From Felis catus (lineage: Eukaryota), in assembly GCF_018350175.1 (NCBI RefSeq), contig NC_058369.1:27964001-28028000 (forward strand): a stretch of DNA of 64,000 bases, read 5' to 3'. The notes under the pieces are model-generated. The model searched no databases and was not told the DNA's origin. It saw only the letters and a program-made list of their open reading frames with translations. This document shows positions 26,701 through 38,869 of this stretch, one piece after another. The translations under genes and the position numbers were made by a program. Each line of letters starts with the position of its first letter. Position 1 is the first letter of the stretch.

Positions 26701-27520
26701 ACTCAGTGGCAAGACAGCCCAATTAAAAATGGGTAAAAGAACTGAGGTGACATTGCACAGGAGAAGAAAAAAAAAAACATAAGCACAAAATGTTTATCAT
26801 TAGTCATTAGGGGAATGCAAATTAAAATCCAAATGAGATACCACTACCACCAACAGAATGATGAAAATTAAAAAGTCTGACAATATCGAGCACTGATGAG
26901 GACAGGCAGCAATTGGAACTTTCATACGTTGCTGATGAAATATAAATGGATATAACAAATGGAAAACAGCAATTTCTTATGAAGTTATTTATAAATGTAT
27001 TATTTGACTCAATACTCTCTCTTCTGGAAGTATTTTCTTAATGAAATGCACACACATTCTCCAAAAAGACTTGTACATGAAAAATCATAACTTTCTTCAC
27101 AAAAGCCATAAAGCAATAACAACCCAAATGCCCAATATTAGATGAGTATATAAACAAATTATGGTATAATCACACGATACTACTCATCAATAAAAAGTAA
27201 TGAATCACTGATAAATGCAATAACAAAAATGAGGGAGAAAAAGCCCCACACAGAAATGTGCACATTGCGTAATTTCATTTATATGAAATTCTAGAAGGGC
27301 CAAATCTAATCTGCAATGAGAGAAAGCAAATTAGTGGATGCCTGAGGTTAGGGATTGTAGGGAGGAGGTTGATTTTGGCAAAAATCAAGAGGAATTTTTT
27401 TTGTTTCAATAGAACCATTTTATTGCTTGTGTGGTTACACCAGTGCATACATTTATCAAAATGCAAAGCATGATGCGCTTAAAAAGGGTGTGTTTTATTG
27501 TATATAAATTATATCAAAAT
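23775..27520 (+). mobile_element. Old L1 (L1ME-like) ORF2 end and 3' UTR, split by a younger L1
   Basis: Highly degenerate L1 sequence at 23775-24360 resumes collinearly at about 26580 and runs to a 3' end near 27520. Confidence 0.8.
24361..26580 (+). mobile_element. 5'-truncated carnivore L1 (RT-domain remnant to poly-A)
   Basis: ORF2 remnants (SADDMILY..LELIHEF..GYKMNIQK; MKLEHFLTP..KINSKW); carnivore-type 3' UTR ending 'tatgttaactctactggaattaaaaaaac'. Confidence 0.93.
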
Positions 27521-28141
27521 ATAAGTACAAAAGAAACAAGGTGTTTGGCTTTAACACATTTTTCAACATGTTCTTCCTTTATAATCTAGCTGATCACCCT
27601 GGAATAATTCGAAGCCTCCCAGGTAAAGGGTCTGAGAGAAAGTGAAATTTGTATTTCTTAAAGACATTTTATTTTGGTACTTTTACTGATTATCTGAAAT
27701 ATTTTTCTCTTGGATCATTTTGATCTTCTGAAATCAAACTTATTTGTCCTGAGGTGGTTTGCTAAGAATACCACTGACAAAATATGCATCATCATCATCT
27801 TCTATCATATTCAGCAAAGTATAGGGAAGAAAAATAACAGAGATGGATCCAAAGAGCCTTCTACCAAAACACCCATTCATCCTTACTTTTCCACACTTAC
27901 ATTCTGGGGGGAATGACTTCTAAAAACCACTCTGTAGGTAGCCACACTCAGGCAGGCAAATTTAACACTCCTGTATATGGACATGATAAAGTAGCACCAT
28001 CAAAAGCCTGGAAAGACAGACTCAAGTGGTAAAGAGATTTTCAACCCATTTAACTGTACATTCACTAATAAGGCCTTTCTACCAATATCTTAGACCACAT
28101 TAGACATATCAAAACCAATGGGTAGAAAACTTATAGCTTCC

Positions 28142-28234
28142 GAAGAAGAAGAAGAAGAAGAAGAAGAAAGAAGAAAGAAGAAGAAGAAGAAGAAGAAGAA
28201 GAAGAAGAAGAAGAAGAAGAAGAAGAAGAAGAAG

Positions 28235-28272
<38 letters not shown>
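28142..28272. repeat. Compound microsatellite (GAA)9 A (GAA)2 A (GAA)20 (CAA)12
   Basis: Read directly from the sequence. Confidence 0.98.
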
Positions 28273-28720
28273 AGTCTGACAGTAGAGGCTTATCATAAGA
28301 GATATTCAATTCAAGAGAAGATTTGAAAACCCTCAGTGCACATACCACATCTCCCCCGCCTACAAAATTCAGGCTCTACTGTCTCACTTAATCCTCATAA
28401 AACAAAAAACAAATCTATTGCAAGATACTAACTTAATAGATGGTTCATATAAAAGCACAAGAGCGCAAACACTGCAGGTGAACCATTTAGAATTCCGTAA
28501 AAAGCCTTTACTGGGAGTGACTCAATACCCATGCAGATGGATATCGATGCCCCTTTATTCCTGTTCTTCATGTAGGTGGCTCTCAAATGTCCAATTGCAT
28601 AAAAATTACTGAATAGTATCATATGCCAAAATGATGGGTTTTACATATACATGGGTATATACATCATGGGCCACTTATGGAATTTCCAAGAAAATTTTGA
28701 AGTGTCATTTTCACCTAACC

Positions 28721-28943
28721 TAGTGTTCCTCAACTGTTTTTTTTTATTATTGTCTCCCTAATAAGCCCATTTAGACATTTTGCTAATTGCTTCCAGGAAG
28801 TTTTAATATTACAGATTTCCTATATATCTGTTTATATACTATGTGTATGTCTGTGCTTTATACCTGAAAAGAGTAAGATTTTTACTTTCCCCAAGAACTT
28901 TTACCCATTTGGGGGCAATATCAACCCTCTTAAGAATATATGA
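28721..28943. mobile_element. hAT-Charlie MITE (MER112-like)
   Basis: 'tatatctgtttatatactatgtgtatgtctgtgctttatac...aaaagagtaagatttt...ttgggggcaatatc' matches recalled MER112. Confidence 0.75.
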
Positions 28944-29224
28944 CCTAAACTGACCTCTAGCTTACTACAAGCCTTCCTTGCATATTCTCCATGGCATCTT
29001 GCAGTGAAAAACCTATTTCTAAGAGCCTTCTTATTTGGGGTTATATTCATTGTAGTTTGTTTTCTTTATACCAATTTTTCCAAACTTTTCAACTGAAGCA
29101 CATACTGATAGTAAAGAAGGAATGCATGCACTGAGATGACAAACACATATGTACATAACTAACAAGGAGGAAATATATTGAGCTTTGATATCTTTAAACA
29201 TTATGTGGATTGAAAAAAATAGTC

Positions 29225-30637
29225 ACATTAACAATTATCCTGGAAAAAGTGGATATCCACGTGTTTAAAAAAAAATGAACCTGGGTCCTTATGTCAAACA
29301 GTATTCAAAAATGAACTCAAAATGGGGTGTGTGGGTAGCTCAGTTGGTTGAGTGTCCCACTCTTGATTTCAACTTAGATCATGATCTCAGGGTCATGGGA
29401 TCCAGCCCCACATAGGACTACATGCTAAGCATGGAACCTGCTTGAGATTCTTTCTCTCTTCCTCTCTACCCCTTACTCCCCCTGCACTCTCTCTCTCTCT
29501 CCCTTAAAAAAAATTAACTCAAAATGGATCAAAGATCTAAATGCAAGAGTTCAAACCGTAAATTCAAAAGAAAACACAGGTGTAAATCTTTATGACCACA
29601 CGTTAGGCATCGGTTTCTTAAAAATGACCCCAAAAGTGCAAGCAACAACAAAAATAGATATACTGGATTTCATCAAACTTAAAAAGTTTGTGCTTCAAAG
29701 ATACATCAAGAAAGTGAAAAGAAAGTCAACAGAATGAAAGAAAATATTTGCACATATATCTAAAAATGGACTTGTATGTAGTATATATAAAACTCTTGCA
29801 ACTCAATAAATGGCCCAAGTTTTAAAAAATGGATAAAGGATCTAAACAGACATTTCTCCAAATGAGATAAACAAACGGCCAGTAAGATATACAAATATTC
29901 TCAACATCATCAGTTATAAGAGAGATGCAGCTCAAAATCACAATGAATGACCACCTTCGACCCACCAGAATGGTTATCACAAAAACCACAGTTAATTACA
30001 AATGATAACAATAGGAGAAATTAGAACCCCCATACACTGCTGTTCGTAATGGGAAAGTGTGTACCCACCTTGGGAGACATTTGCGAATTTCCTCAAAAGG
30101 TTAAAACATAGACTTACTATATGACCCAGTAATTGCAGTCCTATGTATATGCTCCAGAGAAAAAAAAGCATACACCCACACACAAACTTATACATGAATG
30201 TGTATAACAACATTATTTGTAGTTGCTTAAAAGTAGAAAGAAGTCCAATATTCATCAATTGATAAAAAGATAAATAAAATAAATATTAGCAATAAAAAGA
30301 AAGGAAGTTTCTGATACATACTATAATTCGGATAAAGCTTAAAACATAAGCTACCGAAAGAAGCCAGTCACAGAAGACCATATATTGTCTGATTCCATTT
30401 AATGACATACGCAGAATAGGATAACACATAGAGACAAAAAGTAGATTAGTGGTGGTCTAGAGCTGGAGGAAATGGAGAGTGAATGCTAATGAGTTTTGGG
30501 TTTCTTTCTGGGATGATGAAAATGTTCCAAATTGTGGTGAAGGTTGTACAACTCTGAATATATTTAAAAACCATGGAATTGTATAGTTTAAATAGACAAA
30601 TGGTATGGTTCATGACTTACATCTCAATAAAACTGTA
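29225..30637 (+). mobile_element. L1 3' portion (L1MB-like), interrupted by a SINE
   Basis: ORF2-end remnants; 3' UTR 'gggtttctttctgggatgatgaaaatgttc...atctcaataaaactgt'. Confidence 0.9.
29324..29513 (+). mobile_element. Can-SINE inserted in L1
   Basis: SINE structure; approximate TSD aaaat(g/t)aactcaaaat. Confidence 0.9.
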
Positions 30638-31214
30638 AACAGAGGGGAGGGTGGGAGGGAGGAAGGAGGATCTGCACATCTTTTCTTCCACTCCCTATAG
30701 CCAGGCAATTGCCTTATCTCTACCCTGGCCAGTGACTTTGTTCCTTAGATAGTAAAACAGAAGGTCTCTGGACATGGAGTACACCAGACAGAGTAAAGAG
30801 TGAGGCTGCAAGACAGGATTTTCAGGAAGATGAAATTGATAGAAAACTAGAACCATGCATAAACATCTTGAGGAGGTATTGAGACAACTAGTGGAGAGTC
30901 TGGGGCTGAGGTCGTTATAAATATTTAGAAAAGGATACTAATTTTAAAAAGAAGACATTTATTACTTCCAGAGAAAACAACAGCCAGGTAAAGAATTGAA
31001 CTCCGTGTTTCAACTTTAGATGGCATTTATATAGTACATTAATGTAAATATAGAAGATTGATGTCATCAAATTTAGAGTAACACTATTTTGAGATGGAAA
31101 GGGCAGAAGAGAAAACCATGACAATACAAGCAGAGCGTTTAAGGAAAATAAACTTTTCTACTTCTGTAGTAACAAACCAATAGAAAAAGCTTAAAATTAA
31201 AAATAAAAGTAGCA

Positions 31215-31438
31215 GGGGCGCCTGGGTGGCGCAGTCGGTTAAGCGTCCGACTTCAGCCAGGTCACGATCTCACGGTCCGTGAGTTTGAGCCCCGCGTCAG
31301 GCTCTGGGCTGATGGCTCAGAGCCTGGAGCCTGTTTCCGATTCTGTGTCTCCTTCTCTCTCTGCCCCTCCCCTGTTCATGCTCTGTCTCTCTCTGTCCCA
31401 AAAATAAATAAACGTTGGAAAAAAAATTTTAATAAAAA
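31215..31438 (+). mobile_element. Young felid Can-SINE (SINEC_Fc-like)
   Basis: Intact copy; TSD aaaataaaagtagca. Confidence 0.97.
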
Positions 31439-31502
31439 AAAATAAAAGTAGCAGTATAAACATTATTTAAAGATATGGAGTTCAGTATCAAAATAATCAG
31501 TT

Positions 31503-31703
31503 AATTTTTTTTTAACATTTATTTATTTTTGAGAGAGAAGGAGTGAGAGAGGGGCAGAGAGAGAGGGAGACACAGAATCTGAAGCAGGCTCCAGGCTCTG
31601 AGATGTCAGCACAGAGCCCAACACAGGGTTCAAACTCATGAACCATAAGATCATAACCTGAGCCAAAGCCGGACACTTAACCAACTGAGCCACCCAGCAC
31701 CCT
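31503..31703 (-). mobile_element. Can-SINE
   Basis: Reverse-complement SINE; TSD aaaataatcagtt. Confidence 0.93.
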
Positions 31704-31789
31704 GCAAAAATAATCAGTTTAAAAAGAGGATAGGGAGTGAGTGAGAAGGAGGAAGGATATTGTAGGTTTGGGGTTCCTCTTTCTTTTTT

Positions 31790-32000
31790 TTTTGTGGTGT
31801 TTTTTAATTAATTAATTATTTGAGAGAAAGAGCGTGAGGGGGCAGGGGAAAAGGGCAGAGGGAAAGAGAAAGAGAATATTAAGCAGGCTGCACACTCAGT
31901 GTGGAGCCCGATGCAGGGCTCAATCACAAGACCCTGGGATCACGACCTGACCCAAAATCAAGAGTCTGTGGCTCAACTAAGTGAGTCACCCAGGAACCCC
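31790..32000 (-). mobile_element. Older Can-SINE
   Basis: 'aagcaggctgcacactcagtgtggagcccgatgcagggctc...gagtcacccaggaacccc'. Confidence 0.88.
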
Positions 32001-32058
32001 TTGTTTTTGTTTTTGTTTTGTTTTGTTTTTTAAATAGGAAAACTTGTAGGCCTATTTG

Positions 32059-32061
<3 letters not shown>

Positions 32062-32105
<44 letters not shown>
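32062..32105. repeat. (AC)22 microsatellite
   Basis: Read directly from the sequence. Confidence 0.98.
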
Positions 32106-32109
<4 letters not shown>

Positions 32110-32204
32110 TGGGAAATATTTCCAAGCTATATAATGTTATAAAATTTTTCAAACATTTGATAAAAATTAGATATAAATAAATGCACTTACTAAAACATGA
32201 ATTT

Positions 32205-32445
32205 GGGGGCTCTTGAGTGGCTCAGTCAGTTAAGCATCCCACTCTTAGTTTTGGCTCAGGTTATGATCTCACAGTTCCATGAGTCTGAGCCCTGTGTGGG
32301 GGCTCTGCGCTGGCAGCACAGAGCCTGCTTGGGGTTCATTCTCTTTCCCTCTCTCTCTCCCTCTGTCTCTCTGTCTCTTTCTCTGTCCCTCCCCCACTCA
32401 TATTGTCTCTGTTTCTCTCAAAATAAATGATTAAACTTCAGAAAA
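32205..32445 (+). mobile_element. Can-SINE
   Basis: SINE head, body, CT tract and tail. Confidence 0.9.
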
Positions 32446-32620
32446 CCTGAATTTTATTCCCAATATATTTTGCCACATCATAAAAATATTTTAAGTTACT
32501 CAGCAAGTAAAATATTTAACTTAGTTTTCATAAATATTTAAGTAAGATTCACTTCTAGGAAGATGCATAATGTGTATCCTATGTATACAGGGCCCTCCTA
32601 AGACAAAACCAATTACCTGA

Positions 32621-32730
32621 GGGGTGCCTGGGACTCTCTCTCCCTCTCTCTCTGCCCCTCCTTCAGATCACACTTGTGCGCACGCACTCTCCTTCTCTCT
32701 CTCAAAATAAATAAATACACTTAAAAAAAA
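32621..32730 (+). mobile_element. Internally deleted Can-SINE
   Basis: ggggtgcctggg joined directly to the CT tract and tail; TSD aattacct. Confidence 0.85.
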
Positions 32731-33852
32731 TTACCTCTAACAAATCCCAGTTTGAGGAGCACAAGGCCTTAACTATCCTGTGACTCTTCTATACTTAGCA
32801 CTTTCACCATTATTCAACAAACGTTTAAAGACTGAGTAATACGTAATTCAGGTAAAACAAAAACATGTGATGTACAACTGCTCCCAACACATTCTTTTCC
32901 TGGCAGTATATATTTTTTTAGATAGTCGACCACCCTAAACATATGGGCACAAACCCTTTTCTTTATTAAGGCTGAGTTAGATATTTAGTCTAAGCCCTGC
33001 AAAACTTGGATTCAGTATTCTATGAAGCTATTATGTGTGCACATATTTGAAGGACATTTTAAAAAGTGCTAAACTATAAATATTCTGATTCACTGCTCTT
33101 TCACTTGTACTAAAAATGACTTCGCGCAATCACTAACCAGGAGGAAGGTTTTGTATCTCACTGAAAATGTCACTTAATAAATAACCTTCAAATTTAAATG
33201 CAAACTATGGATATCATTCATAGATCCTCAAATTTGTCCTTGAAGTCTAAATGGGCAAAGAAAAAAAAAAAAGATTTTCTGCCATTGACATCCTATTGCT
33301 TTAACTCCTCGAAAATGAGTTCAAACTTTAGTTTTTAGCATAATATTCTTATGTTTAAAAATCTGTATCTCTTATAGCATGTGGCCTAAAGATTTTAAAT
33401 ATAACTGAACTTTGGGATAATTTGCAATCTTCAACTTCTCATTCTCAGGCTCAATCACTAACAGTTTTAGGGAAAATTACTTTATTTCATAATTTATTCA
33501 TAATATATGAATTTGTCTAGTCAAAGAGTGCTATGTTGTTCACAGCAATATATCCCAGTGTAATGACTATATGTCTTGACATACACTAGATACTCAAGAG
33601 AGGCAACCCTATAATTATGGCTAGGAAACATGATCTGAGACTGGCACACAGACCAAGAGGCTAGACGTTTGAGTAAGTGACGAGGAAAATTTTGAGGCAG
33701 AGAATTTGCCACCAGAGAGATTTAGGATATCTGGCGTTGACTTATTACTTATTTATTTGTGTTGATTTTTTCATTAGCCAATAGACCTCCTTGACTGTAA
33801 TACATAGTTTATCTTTATAGCCTCCATAGTACATGACTACCTCCACAACAGG

Positions 33853-34177
33853 TGTGATGGGCAGAATAATGGCCTCTTAAAAATGCCTCCCTCCTGATCT
33901 CTGGACACCTTGAATATGCAACCTGACGTAGCAAAGTGGCATTAAATTTGCAGATGAGGTTAAGGTTGCTAATCGGATGGTCTTAAAGTAAGGAGATTAA
34001 TCTGGATATCTATGCAGGTCCAGAGTTATCATAAGGATCTTCAAAAATTACAAGAGGGAGGCTGAAGAGGTCAGAGGGATGAAAAGGGAGAAGGACCTGA
34101 CCTACCCTTGCTGGCACTGAGGATGGAGGAAAAAGCCATGAGCCAAAAATGCCACTGGTGCCTAGGGGCTAGAAAAG

Positions 34178-34214
<37 letters not shown>

Positions 34215-34380
34215 CTCCCCTGGAGCTTCAGGAAAGGAACACAGCTCTGCCAAAACCTTGACTTTAGCCCAAGAAGACCTGATTCAGACTTCCTACCTCC
34301 ACAACAACAAAATAATAAATTTAGGTGCTTGAAGTCACTGCTTTGGAGAATCTGTTATGACAGCAATAGAAAATCAATAG
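33853..34380 (+). mobile_element. MaLR solo LTR (MLT1D-like)
   Basis: 'tgtgatgggcagaataatggcc', 'gcagatgaggttaaggttgctaatc', 3' 'tgttatgacagcaatagaaaatcaata'; internal A-run at about 34180-34211. Confidence 0.88.
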
Positions 34381-36544
34381 TTTTAATCAGTAAATACTTT
34401 CAAAATAAAAAATAAAAGGTAGTATCTGAGGATAAGTATGAGCATTCAAGATATTTTCAGATTTCCATATCTTCTACTTACTTGAAAACTTAATTTGGCA
34501 TATTCCATCATTGGGATTTTACTGTCCATTCATTTGAAATCTACAGTTTCTTAGAATTAGAAACAATTTTCTTTCACTGACCAGCAACTGCACTTATTTG
34601 GGAACAGCCACTGGCTATTCCTGTGATGAATCATGTTGTTTTCACAATGCTCTGGTCCAATGTTATGAGCAGTACGTCTCAATAACAAAACATTGTTCTT
34701 ATTCATCACTTTAGGCAGATATTTTGGTCTAAGTTATCTTTTGGTTGTTTGTGACTCAAACACAAAATAGATGAGGTACAAAGAGGTATCTTTTGATACA
34801 ATCTTTTATCTATTTCTTTGCTTGACCAGTATCTACTGAACACATAGTATGCTATAGCATTGTGCAGGCACTGAGTATCTGAAGGGTGAAGAGCATGGTC
34901 ACTATCCACTAGAAGCACACAGCCTCATGAAGGTTAAAGCCAAGAATACTTAAAGTCAGGGATTAAGAAGAATCCACCAAGTGTTGTGGCAACTCAGAAG
35001 AAAAAAATCACTAAATTCATTTAAAAAATTTATGTCAAGTCATAAAAAATGACTTCTACCTTTATGAATGAACGTCCTCTCAACCTGCAATTAGTTATAA
35101 TGCATGAGTTGGTTAGAAGACTCCTTTCAGTGCCTCCTGGTCCATATAAGCCTTCTCTGAAAATGAGCCTTCCACTAGCCCCCATCCCACCCCGGACTGA
35201 AATGACTGAGGGTGTATGCCTGAACCACACTGGGCCAGCCAAAAATATTCCCTCCACCTCGATACTTTATAATTAGAATTCAAACTATGAGTGCATCTCT
35301 AGTAATCCAGTGAAGTCAGGCGATAGAGACTCGGTGACCTGGGAAGCCATGTCACACAGGCACGGAAGACCTCTGGCAAAGAAAAACAGAGAAGCCTGGC
35401 AAGTAGAGAAAAACAGTAATGAAGCAGAGACTCAAGGATAGTTCTGCCCTGACTTTCCTTGTGCAGTCCCACTGCACTGTTTTCTGATGCAGTAAGACAG
35501 GCTGCATCTTTAACACAAAACTTGACTTAACATAAAACTGACTTTCCTTGTGAGGCTCCACATGCACTATTGCCCCACTGAAGCAAGACACAGTGGGTCC
35601 TTAACATAAAACTCTTATTTTGGTGATGGTTACTTGGGGTTAGTTTCTGTTGCTTGCCCAGTGAGGTAGTTGTGTCTTCATGAAACAGATTCCACTTCTT
35701 CAGTAGCCCAGACATCTGCCTCAGTGGCCTCACCTGCAAGCGGGTGAGAGGAAAATGCTTTCCCTTTTCAGAGAATGGGCAGCAGAATTCATAATGGATG
35801 TGCAAGCACGAAAGCACTAGGACCATAAATTATCATATAAATGCAAAACTTTGACAACTGTAACTGGTTATGAAATAGTGTTCACAGAATGACCCCTATT
35901 AAAGCCAAATGGAAGGATTTTTCAGCAAAAATGAGGTAGGAAAAAGTTCAAATTAAAATGGGCTATGATTCAAATCAGTGCTCTCTATTCAACTTCAGAG
36001 ATTAGTTCGTTTTTGGCCATTTCAAAGTGTGGAAGACAGAAGGAGGTAATGGTAGAAAAAGAATCCACACAGAAGCATGGAATGAATGTTGGGAGGTGGG
36101 GGGATTTATGTTCTCAGAGAAAGCCTATCTTGCTATTAAACCACATTGCACAGCAGACACTACAAATGAAGTTCTTCTTTTGATAGAATACAGAAAGGGC
36201 ATCAAAAGACAACTTTCAAAGGTCTCCGACTAGACAAAGCAGGGTGCTCTACCACAATCAAAAGAACAAGACCCATGTGTGACCAATGGGGCATTTTCTT
36301 CCTGTTTTCTGTTACCAAGAATCTATCGAATGATATAGTAAATAGTTGCTCTTTGGGGGCTACCTTCTGCTGCCCATCTTTGAGGTCAGTCATAGCTTGT
36401 TAGCACTGAAAAGCTAACAGAGACAAAGAAGACAAAGAAGTACAGACTTTGTTCCATTTATTTATTCCCTATTAGCATCTCTGATAATGGGGCTGTTCAT
36501 TGAGGAGTAAGAAATTAGCTAAAGTAGAAATGAGAAATGATCTA

Positions 36545-36759
36545 GAAGTGCCTAGGTGGCTCAGTCAGATTAAGTGCTCAGATTCGGCTCAGGTCGTGAT
36601 CTCATGGTCCGTGAGTTTGAGCCCCACCTTGGGCTCTGTGCTTACAGCTCAGAGCCTGGACCCTGCTTCAGATTCTGTGCCACCCTCTCTCTCTCTGCCC
36701 CTCCCCTATTCACACTCTGTCTCTCACACACACAAGTTAATAAACATTAAAAAAAAAAG
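36545..36759 (+). mobile_element. Can-SINE
   Basis: SINE body, CT tract and tail; approximate TSD gatcta. Confidence 0.92.
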
Positions 36760-37149
36760 ATCTAAAGATGATTTCACTTACTGATGTTAGAATCAAGGTC
36801 TATACATATTATGAGGGCTTAAGTAAATATGAGATTAAATGATACTCATTTTATGGTACATATGAACTCCTTTGTCATGGAATTTTTACTATGGAATTTG
36901 CATCACCACATCATTGCCACACCCGCACCCACGCACACATACACGTTCTAGGCTAACCCAAACTGAACTTTGTTGCTGGTATCGATTCTTCCTCTGCCAT
37001 GTTACAAAGATATTTAGCATTCATTTTTGCAGTCTCAACACTTAGCACAATGCTTAGTAGACAATCAAGACTCAAAGATCATCTGTGAATGCATAAAAAA
37101 GTAGTAGTAATGTTTAAGCTTCAGACACATTCTGAATTCCTGTCCATCA

Positions 37150-37335
37150 TGCCTAGTAGAGTTCTGTGAATACTTACTCAACTCCAGGTATAGCACTAGA
37201 TGTTTTATGTGCAGTGTTTCATTAAGTCCTCATGACAACCCAATGAGGAAACTGAGGCATAGAAAGTAAATAGTCCAAGGTGATAAAGCTACTAGTTGGT
37301 GGAGTTGCCATCTAGATCCAGTGAGCTGACCTCCA
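37150..37335 (-). mobile_element. MIR
   Basis: 'tcattaagtcctcatgacaacccaatgaggaaactgaggcatagaaagtaaatagtccaaggt'. Confidence 0.75.
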
Positions 37336-37793
37336 GAACTCAAGCTCTACATCACCCTGAAGGACTGCCAAGCATATTCTAGGCAACTCAAAAATGCTTT
37401 CCTGATGGGCTGGCAGATGGTCAGTACTCTGACAGATGTAAACATAAATAAGATGTAAAGTTAAAGTGGTGTTTATACAACTTACTTCTAGATGAGACAG
37501 CATCTGATAAGTACTTCTAGAAATGAGGCTCCAGGTGCAAAAGACATAAAGAACTCTTAGCTAGGGCAGGAGAATCAGAGAGGGCTGTGTAGATCAGAGA
37601 CAAGTGGGCTCATTCTTAAACAACAGAGGATTTGCCTCGATTTGCAGAGATGTGGGATCCAGATGCTATTCAGGAAAACTACAGGAAAAGCAGTGTGTTT
37701 GGGACAAGCTGCATTGTGAGGCACGTGTAGGAAGTGGTAAGGACACGTTCTGTTTTATTCATACTCTACCAGTTTCCTTCAAAGTGCACTCAC

Positions 37794-37911
37794 CAAATGC
37801 TGAGGTTGACTGACTGAAGACTCCCAAAAGTCATCAAAGACTACTCTGAAGCTGTGAACTCTAACGAGAATGGGGATGTTATTAGAATGGTCACTTTTGT
37901 ACAAATGGAGT
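37794..37911 (-). other. Candidate internal exon (118 nt) of an unidentified minus-strand transcript
   Basis: Branch-like ctaac, tctgtatttttggcctcag acceptor, ttg|gtgagt donor; exactly one open frame. Confidence 0.25.
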
Positions 37912-38869
37912 CTGAGGCCAAAAATACAGATGTTAGAACTGCAGTCCCTGAGCTCAGTAGGGAGGCAGTTGGATGGACCTTCCAAGGAAGGCAGACAAAA
38001 TCCCCAAATGCAGATGACTCAACTGACATATGTGTGGGGCCTTCCTTCCAATACGTCAGGCGCCAACAGTGATTTTGAAACTAGAAGTCTGGAGTTCATG
38101 CATTCGCCACTAATAAAAGCAGAGGACTGACAACGATGGTAAATCAAGGGGTATCCTTGGAATTGGGACTCAGAGACACTATCAAAATAACCAGTGGTGA
38201 ATTCAGTTTAAATTTCTCTGACTCATCTCTGTGTAATCTGTCCACTATTTCTCTAACAAGGTAAACAATAGATCAATGTAAAAACCACACATCCAGATCT
38301 GATAAGCCACTCTATTCAAAATGTAAGATTTACATAAAGATAATGTCTATGGTAGCAGATGATTTGCTTACACAGGCATTTTATGACTGCCTTTCAGTTA
38401 GTTGGAAAATAAAGATTAAGAGATTTGGGGATTTCTATAATGTTCTGCATAAGCACAGGAAAGAATTTAAAATTTCATTTCTCTTTGAATTAATATCCAA
38501 TTCTATTTTAGAGGAAACTTTATTAAATTAGAAGTATAAGTAATTCTGTGTTTAAAAGAAAAGCCTCACTATTCTTTGGGATGATTATACTGCTGATGTG
38601 ATTCTAGTCACTGTCAATAAACAAAATGACTAAACAACCATTGCAAGGCAGCAATTAACATAATGGTACCTCCTAAATTCTAGGTTTGTTTACTTGAGGT
38701 AAAACTACTATTTCTGTTGGCAAGTATGCACATGAGAGCTCAGTCTTTAAGGTCATGTTAAAAGATTTTTCACAAATGTTTAAAATTACACAAAAAGGAC
38801 TGAAATTTACAGAGAAATTAATAAAAACGTTGCATCTTTGCATGGATTAAATATTAAAAAGCACTTATA

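Noticed and set aside
27591..27623. Plus-strand 33-nt microexon candidate (ctag|ctgatc...cccag|gtaaag)
   Set aside because: Weak donor, peptide not recognised, opposite to the inferred host strand; expected by chance
28090..28348. Poly-L/F/V/S 'transmembrane' ORFs
   Set aside because: Translations of the (GAA)n(CAA)n microsatellite
31215..31300. tRNA-like A/B-box sequences at SINE heads
   Set aside because: tRNA-derived SINE promoters with CT tract, A tail and TSDs; not tRNA genes
35662..35680. TGAGGTAG let-7-like seed
   Set aside because: Only the first 9 nt match let-7 and I see no precursor hairpin; it would matter only as a target site in a 3' UTR, for which there is no evidence
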